From: Pelagomonas calceolata
Taxonomy: Eukaryota
DNA: 64,000 nucleotides
Direction of reading: 5' to 3'
NCBI GenBank assembly: GCA_918797485.1
Contig: CAKKNE010000002.1
Coordinates: 5,952,001 to 6,016,000, forward strand
Below are positions 53,993-64,000 of this stretch, in pieces. The notes below the pieces were generated by a model. That model did not search any database and had not been told where the DNA came from. It saw only the letters and a program-made list of their open reading frames with translations. Positions within the stretch are counted from its first letter, which is position 1; each line of letters starts with the position of its first letter. Both the position numbers and the translations under genes were made by a program.

Positions 53993-54393
53993 CGCGCTTG
54001 TGGTGAAACCGCAGGAGAGCGCCTGGGCTGCCGTTGCCTACGAAACTTTGCAGCGTCGGTAGTGGTAGCTTCGAAGCGTTGCCGAAGCGTTGCTTATACG
54101 CCAATTAAGCGATCTGGCGTAGTTTTGCCGCACTCGCAGCAAAAAGCTTGATGAATTAGCTAGCTCTAGATGCTCTAGCATGAATGCGCGCCGCGCGCTG
54201 GCCTTTGCTTTGTGATATAGGGGACCCACAGTCACGGTGCGAAGGCAACGTCTGAGACCCAATTCGTCAGCGCAGCCAACTAGCGCCCCAGAGGCTGGGA
54301 GGCCAAATCTCCAGAGGGGGGCTCTGGGACTAATCTCCGTCGCGGCGGGGACCAATTACTCTCAACCTCGCGCCGTCGGCGACCATAGTCATC

Positions 54394-55434
54394 ATGGGCA
54401 TGATGGACGACCTCCAGAAGCGGCTCGAGAAGTTCGGCAAGGACGTCGAGCGCTCCGTGACCGGCAAGAAGAAGCCGAAAGGCGGCCATACGTTAGGAGG
54501 CGCGGCGGACAGCGCGCTCGAGCACGCCTTCGACGCTTCTCGACCGCTGGGCATGACGCTGACCAAGGCCGACGACGGCCGCGCGGAGGTGACGGGCGTC
54601 GCGCAGCAGGGCCAGGCCGAGTCCAAGGCCGTGCGGATCGGGGACGTCGTCGCCGCGCTCGACGGCGCCGCGACCGACTACGACGGCTTCGTCGCGGGCG
54701 TCGCGGCCGCGCGGTCGACGGGCGCGCGGATGCGTGTGCGCTTCGCGCGGCCGCTGCCGCGCGGCGCCGCCAAGAAGGCGGCGCCGCTCTCCAACGAGCA
54801 GCGCGACGCGCGGCGCGACGCCATGGCGCGCGCCGCCGAGAAGCGCGGCCAGCCGGCGCCGCGGAAGAAGAAAGCGGCGGACGCGCCCAAGTCGCCGACG
54901 GTCTTCGAGGACGGGCCGCGGTCGGCCGAGACGCAGGCCGCCTGGGAGCGCGCGCAGCGCGGCGACGACCGCACGCGGCGCGACATGGGCTACGACCCGT
55001 TCCAGGCCGTGAGCAGCGCGGGCACGCTCGAGCACGAGCGGGCCGCGCTGCGCCAGCAGCCGGAGCCCTTCGCGGGCGGCGGCCGGCGCCTCGACGGGCA
55101 GGCGGCGTGCCCCGAGGCGGAGGTGGCCTGCGAGGCGCTGGAGCTCTGCGTCGACAAGGCGGCGGCGCTCACGTGCGCCGAGACGGTGCTCAAGCTGCTG
55201 GGGAACGCGGCCAAGGGCGACGCGAAGTTTAGGAGGGTGCGCCTCGGCAACAAGGCCGTTCAGGAAAGAATCCTCGCCGTCGACGGGGGCCTCGAGGCGT
55301 TGTGCGCGGCGGGCTTCGAGCTCGCGGAAGACGGCGACGAGACCGTGTTGCTCTTGAAGGACGGCTTCGACGCGGCGCGGCTCGACGCGGCGACCAAAAC
55401 GGTCGCCGCGGCGAAGGCGCGGCTCTCCAAGTAG
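54394..55434 (+). CDS. PDZ-like + PUB domain protein
   Basis: RPLGMTL...GQAESKAVRIGDVVAALDG (PDZ-like); TVLKLLGN...KFRRVRLGNKAVQERILAVDGGLEALCAAGF (PUB). Confidence 0.85.
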   Translation: MGMMDDLQKRLEKFGKDVERSVTGKKKPKGGHTLGGAADSALEHAFDASRPLGMTLTKADDGRAEVTGVAQQGQAESKAVRIGDVVAALDGAATDYDGFVAGVAAARSTGARMRVRFARPLPRGAAKKAAPLSNEQRDARRDAMARAAEKRGQPAPRKKKAADAPKSPTVFEDGPRSAETQAAWERAQRGDDRTRRDMGYDPFQAVSSAGTLEHERAALRQQPEPFAGGGRRLDGQAACPEAEVACEALELCVDKAAALTCAETVLKLLGNAAKGDAKFRRVRLGNKAVQERILAVDGGLEALCAAGFELAEDGDETVLLLKDGFDAARLDAATKTVAAAKARLSK

Positions 55435-55507
55435 TTCTTCGACCGGCGCTGTCTTTATCTCTCCTCGTCGTGGTGTCCGGTCGACTAGTTATTGTGTAAA
55501 AGACTTA

Positions 55508-56221
55508 CTACCTCTCGACAAGAACGAACTGCTCGCCGACCTTCGGCGAGATTTCCTTGTTCAGCACGATAAGCGCCGAGTTGATCGCCTTGCGTCCCCG
55601 TTCCCAGGCCGCCGCCGCTTGAGCCTTATCCGCTGCTTTTGCGACGTCGCCGATATCGAGCGCACACTCGTTGACGTACCACCTCGTCAAGAACAAGACG
55701 TTGCCCGGGCCGTTGTTCTCGCTCGCCATGAGGCCGTTCGCCAGGAGGCCCATGGCCCTGAGATTGTACTTGGTATCGTCCGAGGCGACCGACGCCCATG
55801 ATCCGTTGTCAACGGCACCCTTCAGCGCTCGGAAGGCCTCGACACCGGCGAGGACCCGGGCAGCATATTTCCCGTAGGCCTCGTAGCGCTGCTGTACGCG
55901 CGTGAACGGGACCGCGCCTCCGTCCGGGATCTCGCTGGTGGCGTCTTGTAGAAATGGTGGCGACCGTCCATATTTAAAGTAAAAATCTTGCGAAAACAAC
56001 ACGTTGGAGTTCATGGGGTCGCGGCTCAGCGACGCGTCCGGGTTCGACGCCATGTTTTTCGTCTCGACGAACATGCCCGGGCCGACTCCATCTGCACTGG
56101 CAACCTGGGGCGCGAGCGATGTTATCGCCGCAGCGGCGCCGGTGCACCAGCCTCTCCTTGTGACTGCTGGCTTGAGGGCTGCAGCCGTCAGCGCCGCTGT
56201 GCAGAGGAAAGTGCGTCGCAT
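55508..56221 (-). CDS. Probable thylakoid-lumen protein (helical, possibly PsbQ-like)
   Basis: Signal peptide plus TRRGW...VASA Tat-like leader; helical C-terminus. Confidence 0.6.
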   Translation of the reverse strand: MRRTFLCTAALTAAALKPAVTRRGWCTGAAAAITSLAPQVASADGVGPGMFVETKNMASNPDASLSRDPMNSNVLFSQDFYFKYGRSPPFLQDATSEIPDGGAVPFTRVQQRYEAYGKYAARVLAGVEAFRALKGAVDNGSWASVASDDTKYNLRAMGLLANGLMASENNGPGNVLFLTRWYVNECALDIGDVAKAADKAQAAAAWERGRKAINSALIVLNKEISPKVGEQFVLVER

Positions 56222-56391
56222 CGTAGAGGGTGTGAGTGAGGCTGTGAGAGCTGACGACTGTGCTCGCGCTAGTTGCAGATTAGATGCACGAGTTCAAATA
56301 TGACAAATGCTGGTCCGAGATGCAATCTGAAGCGCGTAACGAGTGGAGACGCGGCCGCGCCGCCCAGACTGGCTGTGCCTGCCAGGCATCC

Positions 56392-56440
56392 CTAGTGTCT
56401 TACCTGTCTAAGAACGATTTCCTAAGCGCGGGAGCCCTGG
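56392..56440 (-). repeat. Degenerate copy of the intergenic element
   Basis: ctagtgtcttac...gatttcctaagcgcgggagccctgg matches 19699-19752; 171 bp before ATG 56221. Confidence 0.8.
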
Positions 56441-56501
56441 GACGGCTTGCTTGGTGACATTACGCAACCCGCACGCTCTTGGCAAACACAACCACACATT
56501 T

Positions 56502-57164
56502 TTAATCTTCCTCCCCCTCGCTATCGAAAACCCCAAGCTGCTCGAGGATCTTGTCGTCGACGCCGTACGCGTTGTCGTACGTCGCGGTCAGCGAGAGCAG
56601 GAAAAATAGCGCCTCGTGCCTCGCGAGCGACAGGCCGAGCGCGCGTCCGAGGTGCCGGTGGAACTTCCGATGGAGGAAGAGCGACGACGACTCCGACTCC
56701 TCGGTGAGGACGTCCAACTGGAGCAACCGCGTCGACGCGAGCTCCACGGACCACCGGACCTCTCCGCCGGACGCCTCGTAGACGAGGCGCAGCCGGCCGC
56801 CCGAGGGCTTGAGCACCAGCACCGATTCGACGCGTTGGGATGCTCGGGCCAACACGCAGTCACGCGGCGCCTCGCAGCGGATGCGCCGCGCGAGAGCTCG
56901 AGCTAGACCCGGCGACAGCTCTCCGTACGGGTCGCGCGCAAGTATCGTCCGCAGCCGGACCGTGTCGGCGCGTCGCGATGCCTCGCGTGCGATCGCATCG
57001 AGCACCTCTTCCTCGAACGCGACGCCTTCATTAGTGTAACGCTCAGCAATGTCGCCGACGTCTCGCGCGAGCCGCAGCCTCCAAGGGATGTGCGCGCGGC
57101 GCCTCGCAAGCTTGCTTTGCAATGCGCGGCGCATCGCGCGGCGACGGCGTGCGCGCAGAGCCAT
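56502..57164 (-). CDS. Hypothetical protein
   Basis: Open frame with plausible composition; no recognised motif. Confidence 0.55.
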   Translation of the reverse strand: MALRARRRRAMRRALQSKLARRRAHIPWRLRLARDVGDIAERYTNEGVAFEEEVLDAIAREASRRADTVRLRTILARDPYGELSPGLARALARRIRCEAPRDCVLARASQRVESVLVLKPSGGRLRLVYEASGGEVRWSVELASTRLLQLDVLTEESESSSLFLHRKFHRHLGRALGLSLARHEALFFLLSLTATYDNAYGVDDKILEQLGVFDSEGEED

Positions 57165-57377
57165 TTTTGTATCGGGCTGGCAGCAAGCAGCAATGCTCAT
57201 GTACAGCAGTAGAATGCGATTAGTATGGCGAGGGCTGCTTGCCGAGCGCTCCGCGCTCAGCCAAGGAGGTGCTCTCTTGGCCCTCGGACTGCTCAGCTAG
57301 AGCTCGCGCAGCTTTCCAGCCGTCAACCGCCCTCCCGCGCCAGGCAGGCTATCCCGAGACGCCTCCGTCCCGTGAGC

Positions 57378-57399
57378 GCTAGCGGCCGTAAGACACTAG
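57378..57399 (+). promoter_or_regulatory. Intergenic motif
   Basis: gctagcggccgtaagacactag, 176 bp before ATG 57575. Confidence 0.7.
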
Positions 57400-57574
57400 A
57401 AGCCGCTCGCCGCCGTGTTTTGAGAGTGAAGCGTTTAGCCCAGGGGCTGCCCCGCAGCGCGGCCGCCGTACCGCGCTCGCAGAGGAGTCCAGGCAAAGGG
57501 GTACCACCGTACCACAGCCCGCGCGCGCCGCGCCGGGGCCCCGGAGCCGCGAACAGTGCACCGGGGGAACAGTC

Positions 57575-59493
57575 ATGGAGCGCGTGCCTATCAACGCGCC
57601 CCAGGGCCCGCTGGGGCTGATCTTCGAGCCCGAGTCCACGGTCCTCAGCAAGGTCCGCGAGACGTCGCCCCTCTACGGCCGCGTCGAGGTCGGCTGGACG
57701 CTCGTCGGCGTCGACCGCGAGGACGTGTCGCACATGGACGGCTCGCAAGTCACGAAGCTGCTGAAGATGCGCTCGCACAACCCGCAGGGCCGCCACCTCG
57801 AGTTCAAGAAGCGAAGTTTTTCGGTCAGGGAGCTGCCCGGCGACACCGCGGTCGAGGCGCCGAAGCCGCACGTCGCGGTCCGCGCGGACATCGAATTTCG
57901 GGTCGGTTCGATGGCGTGGGAGGGTCACGACGGTCGCTGTCCACGCAGGTCACGGTGCACTCGCCGGTCATGGACCTGTACGCCGTGCTCTGGTCGATCG
58001 ACGTCCTGGTCCAGAGTCTCCTGTTCCACAAGCCGAGCGGCGTGGGCGTCTACGTCGCCTACGTGTTGATCGCGTTCGGCGCGCTCACGTGCACGGCGCA
58101 CGCCTTCCACCTCGAGTGGCGGCGGAACGTGCTCGTCGTGGCGCTGGCCCTGCGCCTCGTCGACGTGGGCCTGCGGCTGCCGATGAGCTGGGACAGCGAG
58201 TGGTGGGCGCTCCAGACGGACGCCGCGCTGCTCGTGCGGCTCCTGACGGGCGCGACGGCCGGGCGGACCATCCAGCTCCAGATGGCCCTCTTCTACCTGG
58301 CGGCGGGCTTCTGGAAGCTGAACACGTCGTTCCTCGACGGCGCCTCGTCGTGCGCGTCGGTCTTTGGGGTCCAGACGGCGGCGCGCGCCGCGCTCATGCT
58401 CGGCGGCGGCGACGACCAGGCCGTCCTGGACTGGGAGGCCTTCCTCGCGCCCCTGGCCCAGACCTACACGCCGTGCATCGTCATCGCCCTGGAGATGTCC
58501 ATCGCGCTCGGCCTGCTGCTCCGGCCGAACGTGGGCGTCCGCGTCGGCGTCCTCTTCCACGCGATCAACGCCTGGGCCCCGCCGGCGCCGAACAACATCG
58601 CGTCCTTCTCCGTGGTCTGCCTCGTGCGGCTCGTGACCTTCGCGCCGAAGGCGGCCGCGGACGCGCTGCACCTCACGATGAGGAACAACTCGGCGCTCAT
58701 CTGCGCGGGCGTCGCCGCGCTGCTGGGCGCGGCGGTGCAGCAGTTCAAGGCGGGCCGGGACCCGCAGTTCATAGCCGCCGTCGGCTACCTCGTCCTCGCG
58801 CCGATCGTCCTGCTGGCGTGCCGCGGCACGTTCCCGGGCGGCAAGCGCCGCGTCCACGCGCCGAGCAAGGCGCGGACGCGGTTCGTGCTGATCGCGCTGC
58901 TCTACTGCGCCACGCCGCTCCTGGGCGTCCTCGAGCTGGGCGCGCCGAACATGTACGCGAACCTGCGCATGCGCGCGGGCTCGAACCACCTGCTCGCGCC
59001 GACGGGCCTGCTCTTCAAGACGGGGCTGCTGGGCGCGGAGACGCTCACGGTCGTCAAGACGACGTCCCAGCACGTCCTGGACTACTACCCCGGCGACTGC
59101 ACCGAGGAGCTCAAGCCCGCCGAGAACCGTGCGCGCGCCTTCGCCTCCGTCGGCATGCGGCCCTTCTTCAACTACGCGCTGAAGCGCGTCATCAAGTGCA
59201 GCTACACGAAGAACACGTGGCGCCCCTTCGACGTGCCCGCGATCGAATTAAGGCGCATCCTCGGCGAGATGAGCGCCGCGGGCAAGGCGGCGACGCTCAC
59301 GTACAAGGACGGCGACCGGACCATCCAGGTCGGCTACGACGCGGACGGCGCCCAGGTCAAGTGCACGGGCTGCACGCCGGACGACGTCGCGTCGCAGGGC
59401 CCGCTGCCCTTCTGGGCCGAGAAGTTCCTGGTGTATTTACCGTACCCCGTGCTCGCCGACGGCAACGGCGAGATGCCCTGCGCCGGGCCCTGA
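57575..59493 (+). CDS. PDZ-like domain fused to an HTTM-like multi-pass membrane domain; intron 57872-57948; ~613 aa
   Basis: APQGPLGLIF...SPLYGRVEVGWTLVGVD (PDZ-like); QMALFYLAAGFWKLNTSFL and MYANLR (HTTM-like). The 77-bp intron joins the two frames. Confidence 0.75.
57872..57948 (+). mobile_element. Degenerate introner intron 11 (77 bp, GT-AG)
   Basis: TSD gtcgcggt 57872-57879 vs gtcacggt 57949-57956; TIR remnants ccgcgcggacatcga/tcgctgtccacgcag; restores frame. Confidence 0.85.
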
Positions 59494-60058
59494 CGCTGAC
59501 CCAATTCGCTACAATAGGCCCTGACCCCCCTCTGACCGACCCGTGCTCTATGACGCGCGGCGGCGCCCGCCGGGCGGGCGTCGTCGCGCCGAGGAAATCC
59601 ACAACTCCCTCGGACGGTCCAATTCCCCAGTCGAGCGCCCGCCCCCCGGCGGGCGCGGTCCCAAATTTGAACCGCGACGCACAGCATACCGCGCTTCACG
59701 TCCTCCCCCCTGTCGAGCCGAAGAAGTCCTATTGTCTATAAACTATATAGCTGAAATTTTGGCTTGCGTGGTCCCGGGGCTGGCGGAGCCCTGGCGTGCG
59801 CAACAAAAGCTCGCTAGTGCCTCTCATTCCGCTAGAACCCCAGCGGAGGAGCGCTTGCAGTGCCCACAACCGGGCTGCAACCCGTCTTGAAACCGTTTCT
59901 GTCGCAGCATTTGCACGCGGTGATCTCTTTCAGCGAGCTGTGCAAATTCTATATATCCGCGGTGACTCCTGCAGCCGTCAGCAAGTCAGCGTCAGAGACC
60001 CTGCAAATACGTCGCTCGGGCGCCTAAAACGGACGTAGCACTGCAACGGAGTAGCAGC

Positions 60059-62101
60059 ATGAAACGACGACGACGCGTCGCAACAGCGTTGCTCCTCGCC
60101 ACCGCGACGGCGCTCGCGCCGCCCGCCGCGCGCCGGCCCCTCACCAGACTGGGCGCCGTCGACCTCGAGGCCGAGACGCCGGCCTCGAACATCCGCAACT
60201 TCGCGATCATCGCCCACATCGACCACGGCAAATCCACGCTGGCGGACCGCATGCTCGAGACGACGGCCACGGTCGCCGCGCGCGACATGCAGGCCCAGCT
60301 CCTGGACTCCATGGACTTGGAGCGGGAACGGGGCATCACGATCAAGCTGAACGCGGCGCGCATGGCCTACGAGAAGGACGGCGAGCCCTACGTGCTCAAT
60401 CTGATTGATACGCCCGGCCACGTCGACTTCAGCTACGAGGTGTCGCGCTCGCTCGCCGCCTGCGAGGGCGCGCTGCTGGTCGTCGACGCGGCCCAGGGCG
60501 TCCAGGCCCAGACGCTCGCTAATGTCTACCTGGCGCTGGAGAACGACCTCGAGATCATCCCCGTCCTCAACAAGATCGACCTGCCGGCGGCGGAGCCGGA
60601 GCGCGTCGCCGAGGAGATCGAGTCGACGATCGGCCTGGACTGCACGGACGCGATCCTGGCCTCCGCGAAGAGCGGGTTGGGCATCGGCGACGTGTTGGAC
60701 GCGATCGTGGAGCGGGTGCCGCCGCCGAGCGACGACCAGGAGAAACCGACGCGGTGCCTCATCTTCGACTCGAAGTTCGACGCGTACCAGGGCGTGGTCA
60801 CGTACTTCCGCGTCGTCGACGGGACCGGCATCGCCAAGGGCGACAAGGTCAAGTTCCTGGCCACGGGCAAGACGCACGACATCACGGAGGTCGGCGTCAT
60901 GGTGCCCGAGCGCATCCCCGTGTCGGACCGGGCCCTCAAGCCGGGCGAGGTCGGGTATTTTGTGGCCTCGATCAAGTCCGTCGACGACGCGCGGGTGGGC
61001 GACACGGTGACGGTCGTCAAGTCGCAGTCGCACGCCGTGTCCACGGACGAGGCGGAGCCGCTCCCGGGCTACGCCGAGGCGACGCCCATGGTCTTCGCGG
61101 GCGTGTTCCCGACGGACGCGGACCAGTACAACGCGCTGCGCGACGCTTTGGGAAAGCTCAAGTTGAATGACGCTGCTTTACGTTACGAGGCGGAGAACTC
61201 GCCGGCCATGGGCTTCGGGTTCCGGTGCGGCTTCCTGGGGTTATTGCACATGGAGATCGTCCAGGAGCGGCTCGAGCGCGAGTACGACGTGGATCTGATT
61301 ATTACGGCGCCGTCCGTCGTCTACAAGGTCGTGCCCCGGCAAAAGAACTCGGAGGCCGTGGTGGAGAAGGTCATGAAGGGCGAGGCGCTCAAGGAAGGCC
61401 TGATCCAGGAGGCGAGCGAGGAGGATACGCCTACAGTGTTAGTTGTGGACAACCCGTCGCGCATGCCCGACAAGGACCGGCAGCAGCACACGCTGGAGCC
61501 CTACGTGAGGCTCGAGGTCATCGCGCCCACGGAGTACACGGGGCCGCTGATGGACCTGGCGAACGAAAGACGGGGCGAGCTCGTGGACATGAAGTACCTC
61601 ACGCCGACGCGCACGACCGTAATCTACCAGATGCCCCTGGCTGAAGTGATTACGGACTTCTTCGACCAGGTCAAGTCGCGGACGCGGGGCTACGCGTCGA
61701 TGGAGTACGCGCTGTCGGGCTACCGCGAGTCGCCCCTGGTCCGGTTGGACGTCATGATTAATAAAGAACTGGCCGCGCCGCTCTCGACGGTCGTTCATGA
61801 ACAAGACGCCCAGGCCGCGGGCAAGGTCTTAGTAAGGAAGCTCAAGGAGTTCATCCCGCGCCAGATGTTCAAGGTGCCCATCCAGGCCTGCGTCGGCGCG
61901 AACATCGTCGCCAGCGTGCAGCTGTCGGCGATGCGCAAGGACGTCCTCGCCAAGTGCTACGGCGGCGACATTAGCCGGAAGAAGAAGCTCCTCCAGAAGC
62001 AGGCCAAGGGCAAGAAGCGCATGAAGGCCATGGGCAAGGTCACGGTGCCGCAGGAGGCGTTCATGGCCGTGCTGAACCTGAGGGACTCGGGGGGCGACTA
62101 A
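60059..62101 (+). CDS. lepA: Elongation factor 4 (LepA/GUF1), probably plastid-targeted
   Basis: [64 protein letters not shown]; signal peptide ending ATALAP. Confidence 0.97.
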   Translation: MKRRRRVATALLLATATALAPPAARRPLTRLGAVDLEAETPASNIRNFAIIAHIDHGKSTLADRMLETTATVAARDMQAQLLDSMDLERERGITIKLNAARMAYEKDGEPYVLNLIDTPGHVDFSYEVSRSLAACEGALLVVDAAQGVQAQTLANVYLALENDLEIIPVLNKIDLPAAEPERVAEEIESTIGLDCTDAILASAKSGLGIGDVLDAIVERVPPPSDDQEKPTRCLIFDSKFDAYQGVVTYFRVVDGTGIAKGDKVKFLATGKTHDITEVGVMVPERIPVSDRALKPGEVGYFVASIKSVDDARVGDTVTVVKSQSHAVSTDEAEPLPGYAEATPMVFAGVFPTDADQYNALRDALGKLKLNDAALRYEAENSPAMGFGFRCGFLGLLHMEIVQERLEREYDVDLIITAPSVVYKVVPRQKNSEAVVEKVMKGEALKEGLIQEASEEDTPTVLVVDNPSRMPDKDRQQHTLEPYVRLEVIAPTEYTGPLMDLANERRGELVDMKYLTPTRTTVIYQMPLAEVITDFFDQVKSRTRGYASMEYALSGYRESPLVRLDVMINKELAAPLSTVVHEQDAQAAGKVLVRKLKEFIPRQMFKVPIQACVGANIVASVQLSAMRKDVLAKCYGGDISRKKKLLQKQAKGKKRMKAMGKVTVPQEAFMAVLNLRDSGGD

Positions 62102-62118
62102 AATATTAGAAAGGTACT

Positions 62119-63645
62119 TTAGAAGTGCACGGACTTTTTCGTCCCCGTGTCGATCGTCTCTGGTGGGAAGTGGCTCTGCTGCGTGAGCGTGCCCGGCGCG
62201 GGCAGCTGGACCTCGTCCAACAAGCCCTGGGACGAGTTCGTGGCCAGCGCCCACTTCGCTCGTAAGGTGGAGGCCGCCTTCTTCGCGCGCTTGACCTGCG
62301 TCTCCGCGTGCTGCCGCGTCCAGTCGAGCTTCGCCCTTAACTCAAGATAGCGCCGGTCCATGAGCTTCAGTTGGTCTTCCAGAATTTTAGAGCCTTCCTT
62401 GAGCTCCAGCACGAACTTCTCTCTTGCATTATTCCGGCGCGCGAGCGTCCTCGATCTTAGTTTCGCCGTGTCCAGGTCCTTCTCGGCCCGGCGCAACTGG
62501 TCCGTGACCTGCGCCTTCGCGCCCACCTCGTGCTTCAGGTGGACCATCAACTTCTCGACGTGGTCCGAGAGCGCCGCGACCTTCTTGCCCGTCAGCTTCG
62601 CCTCGGCCTCGGCCTTCTGGCGCTGGTCCTTCTCGGCCTTGCCCCTTGCCAACAGCTCCGTCGCCTTGTGCTTCAGCGCGCGGACGTCGTCGCCCGCGGC
62701 GAGCGCGCCGCGCAGTTCGGCGCGGAGCGACGTCTTCTCGTCCTCCGAGTGGCGCAACTTCCCGCGCAGCTTCGCGATCTCCCCCTCGAGGCGCTTGATG
62801 GCCGCCGCGACGGCCTCGTTGCCCTCGGGCGTCGGTTCCGACGACGCCGGCGGCGCCTCGGACGGCTCCTCGGAGGCGACGCTCCGCTTCGAGATGATGG
62901 TCTTCGACTGGCGCCCCTCGAGCTCCATGCTCCGTTCGCGCAGCTCGACCAATTGGAGCGTCGTGACGTTCTTGTACGCGTCGGTCGTCTTCTCGCCCCG
63001 GGAGATGCGGCCGACCAGATACTTTTTGGTCGACTCGGCGTCCGCCACTAACGTATCCCGCTCGGCCGTCACCTTGGTCAGCGTCTCGGCCAGCAACCGG
63101 TTCTTCTCGCCCTCGCCCACGATCTTCGTCGACAGGTCGTAGATCTCGTCCTGGAGCTGCGTCGTGCTGAACTCGTGGCGGGCGACGCGCGCCGCCCTCC
63201 GGTCGGCTTCTTTTCGTTGCAAGGCGTCGAGCTGCTCGCGCAGCTGCTCGTTCTCGTCCTGGAAGGCCTCGAGCTGCCTCCGCAACTGCCGGTTCAGGCG
63301 CGACGCCTCGGGGTCGAAGCCGCCGTCCCTCGTCCCGGGCGGCGACTGCCGCGACATCGGCCGGCCGTAGGCGTCCGTCGGCGCCTCGCCGCCTCGATCT
63401 CGTCCGACGGCGGCGCCGGGCCGCCCGCTGCCCATGCTGCCGTCGTCGGCGGCCCCGGGGCGCCCGGACCCCATGCTGCCGTCTTCGGCGCGCGGGTCCG
63501 GCATGGCGGGCTCGGCGCCCTCGAACTCGTCGCCGTAGTCCTCCTCGTCGCCCTCGCTCTCGTCGTCGTCGCCGTCGGCCTCGCCCGCGAAGACGCCGTC
63601 GTACTTGGCGGCGAAGTCCTCCTCGTACTCCTCCTCCTGGGACAT
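62119..63645 (-). CDS. Coiled-coil protein with acidic N-terminus
   Basis: 508-aa ORF with a heptad-rich core; 39-bp duplication encoding DGSMGSGRPGAA twice. Confidence 0.75.
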   Translation of the reverse strand: MSQEEEYEEDFAAKYDGVFAGEADGDDDESEGDEEDYGDEFEGAEPAMPDPRAEDGSMGSGRPGAADDGSMGSGRPGAAVGRDRGGEAPTDAYGRPMSRQSPPGTRDGGFDPEASRLNRQLRRQLEAFQDENEQLREQLDALQRKEADRRAARVARHEFSTTQLQDEIYDLSTKIVGEGEKNRLLAETLTKVTAERDTLVADAESTKKYLVGRISRGEKTTDAYKNVTTLQLVELRERSMELEGRQSKTIISKRSVASEEPSEAPPASSEPTPEGNEAVAAAIKRLEGEIAKLRGKLRHSEDEKTSLRAELRGALAAGDDVRALKHKATELLARGKAEKDQRQKAEAEAKLTGKKVAALSDHVEKLMVHLKHEVGAKAQVTDQLRRAEKDLDTAKLRSRTLARRNNAREKFVLELKEGSKILEDQLKLMDRRYLELRAKLDWTRQHAETQVKRAKKAASTLRAKWALATNSSQGLLDEVQLPAPGTLTQQSHFPPETIDTGTKKSVHF

Positions 63646-64000
63646 GGTTGCTTCGAACGCAGGGGCTGCCCGTCCGCGGTCGATGCGCGCGGCGGGCTGG
63701 CGGTCCTCGCTAGCCAGTGCGTTCCTGGCCGGGCAGCGCTCTAGCAGCTTTTACGGCCCGCGGGAGACGCCGATGGCAAGAGGAGGCAGCGCTACTTTTC
63801 TAGTATCTCTAGTGGCGCGTATGTTGGAACCTCGCGCGGACGTGGATAGAGGGGTACGGTCATCGATACCATGGGTCCTCCGAGCTTTACACTTTTCTAG
63901 CGAAGCCATCGAGCTGCCCCATGGCACGATGGCAATGGAACAGGGCCAGTAGCAACAAAAGGCAGCCCGAACGCGTGCAAAGACAGTGAGACAAGGGATC

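Noticed and set aside
60059..62101. Bacterial origin of the window suggested by lepA, rps9, DUF179 and a response regulator
   Set aside because: N-terminal targeting peptides, spliceosomal-type introns, eukaryotic domains (WW, PUB, polycystin) and no operon structure.

Overview
Gene-dense, very GC-rich eukaryotic nuclear DNA, most consistent with a pelagophyte alga (Pelagomonas/Aureococcus type). This is inferred from GC content, plastid-targeted genes with signal peptides and introner elements. About 25 protein genes: GT77-type transferase, DEAH helicase, CASTOR/POLLUX-like channel, organellar uS9, MFS transporter, PsbP-like, DUF179, beta-hydroxyacid dehydrogenase, response regulator, a ~3,390-aa ARM/Tudor/UBA/SAM/ankyrin polycystin-type channel, MORN-SH3, acetoacetyl-CoA synthetase, ankyrin-WW, PDZ-PUB, PDZ-membrane protein and LepA/EF4. 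Non-coding structure read from the sequence: (1) eleven introner-type MITE introns with ~15-bp TIRs and 8-bp TSDs that explain the frame breaks in their host genes; (2) an intact tRNA-Arg(CCT) inside a predicted 136-bp hairpin intron with no Pol III terminator; (3) two near-identical introners in opposite orientation flanking the channel pore exon; (4) twelve copies of a 23-bp intergenic motif pointing towards a downstream start codon, forming the fixed 3' end of a ~125-bp repeat; (5) several truncated gene relics, mostly glycosyl-/sulfotransferase-like. All splicing is predicted from sequence only and domain names come from motif recognition, not database searches.
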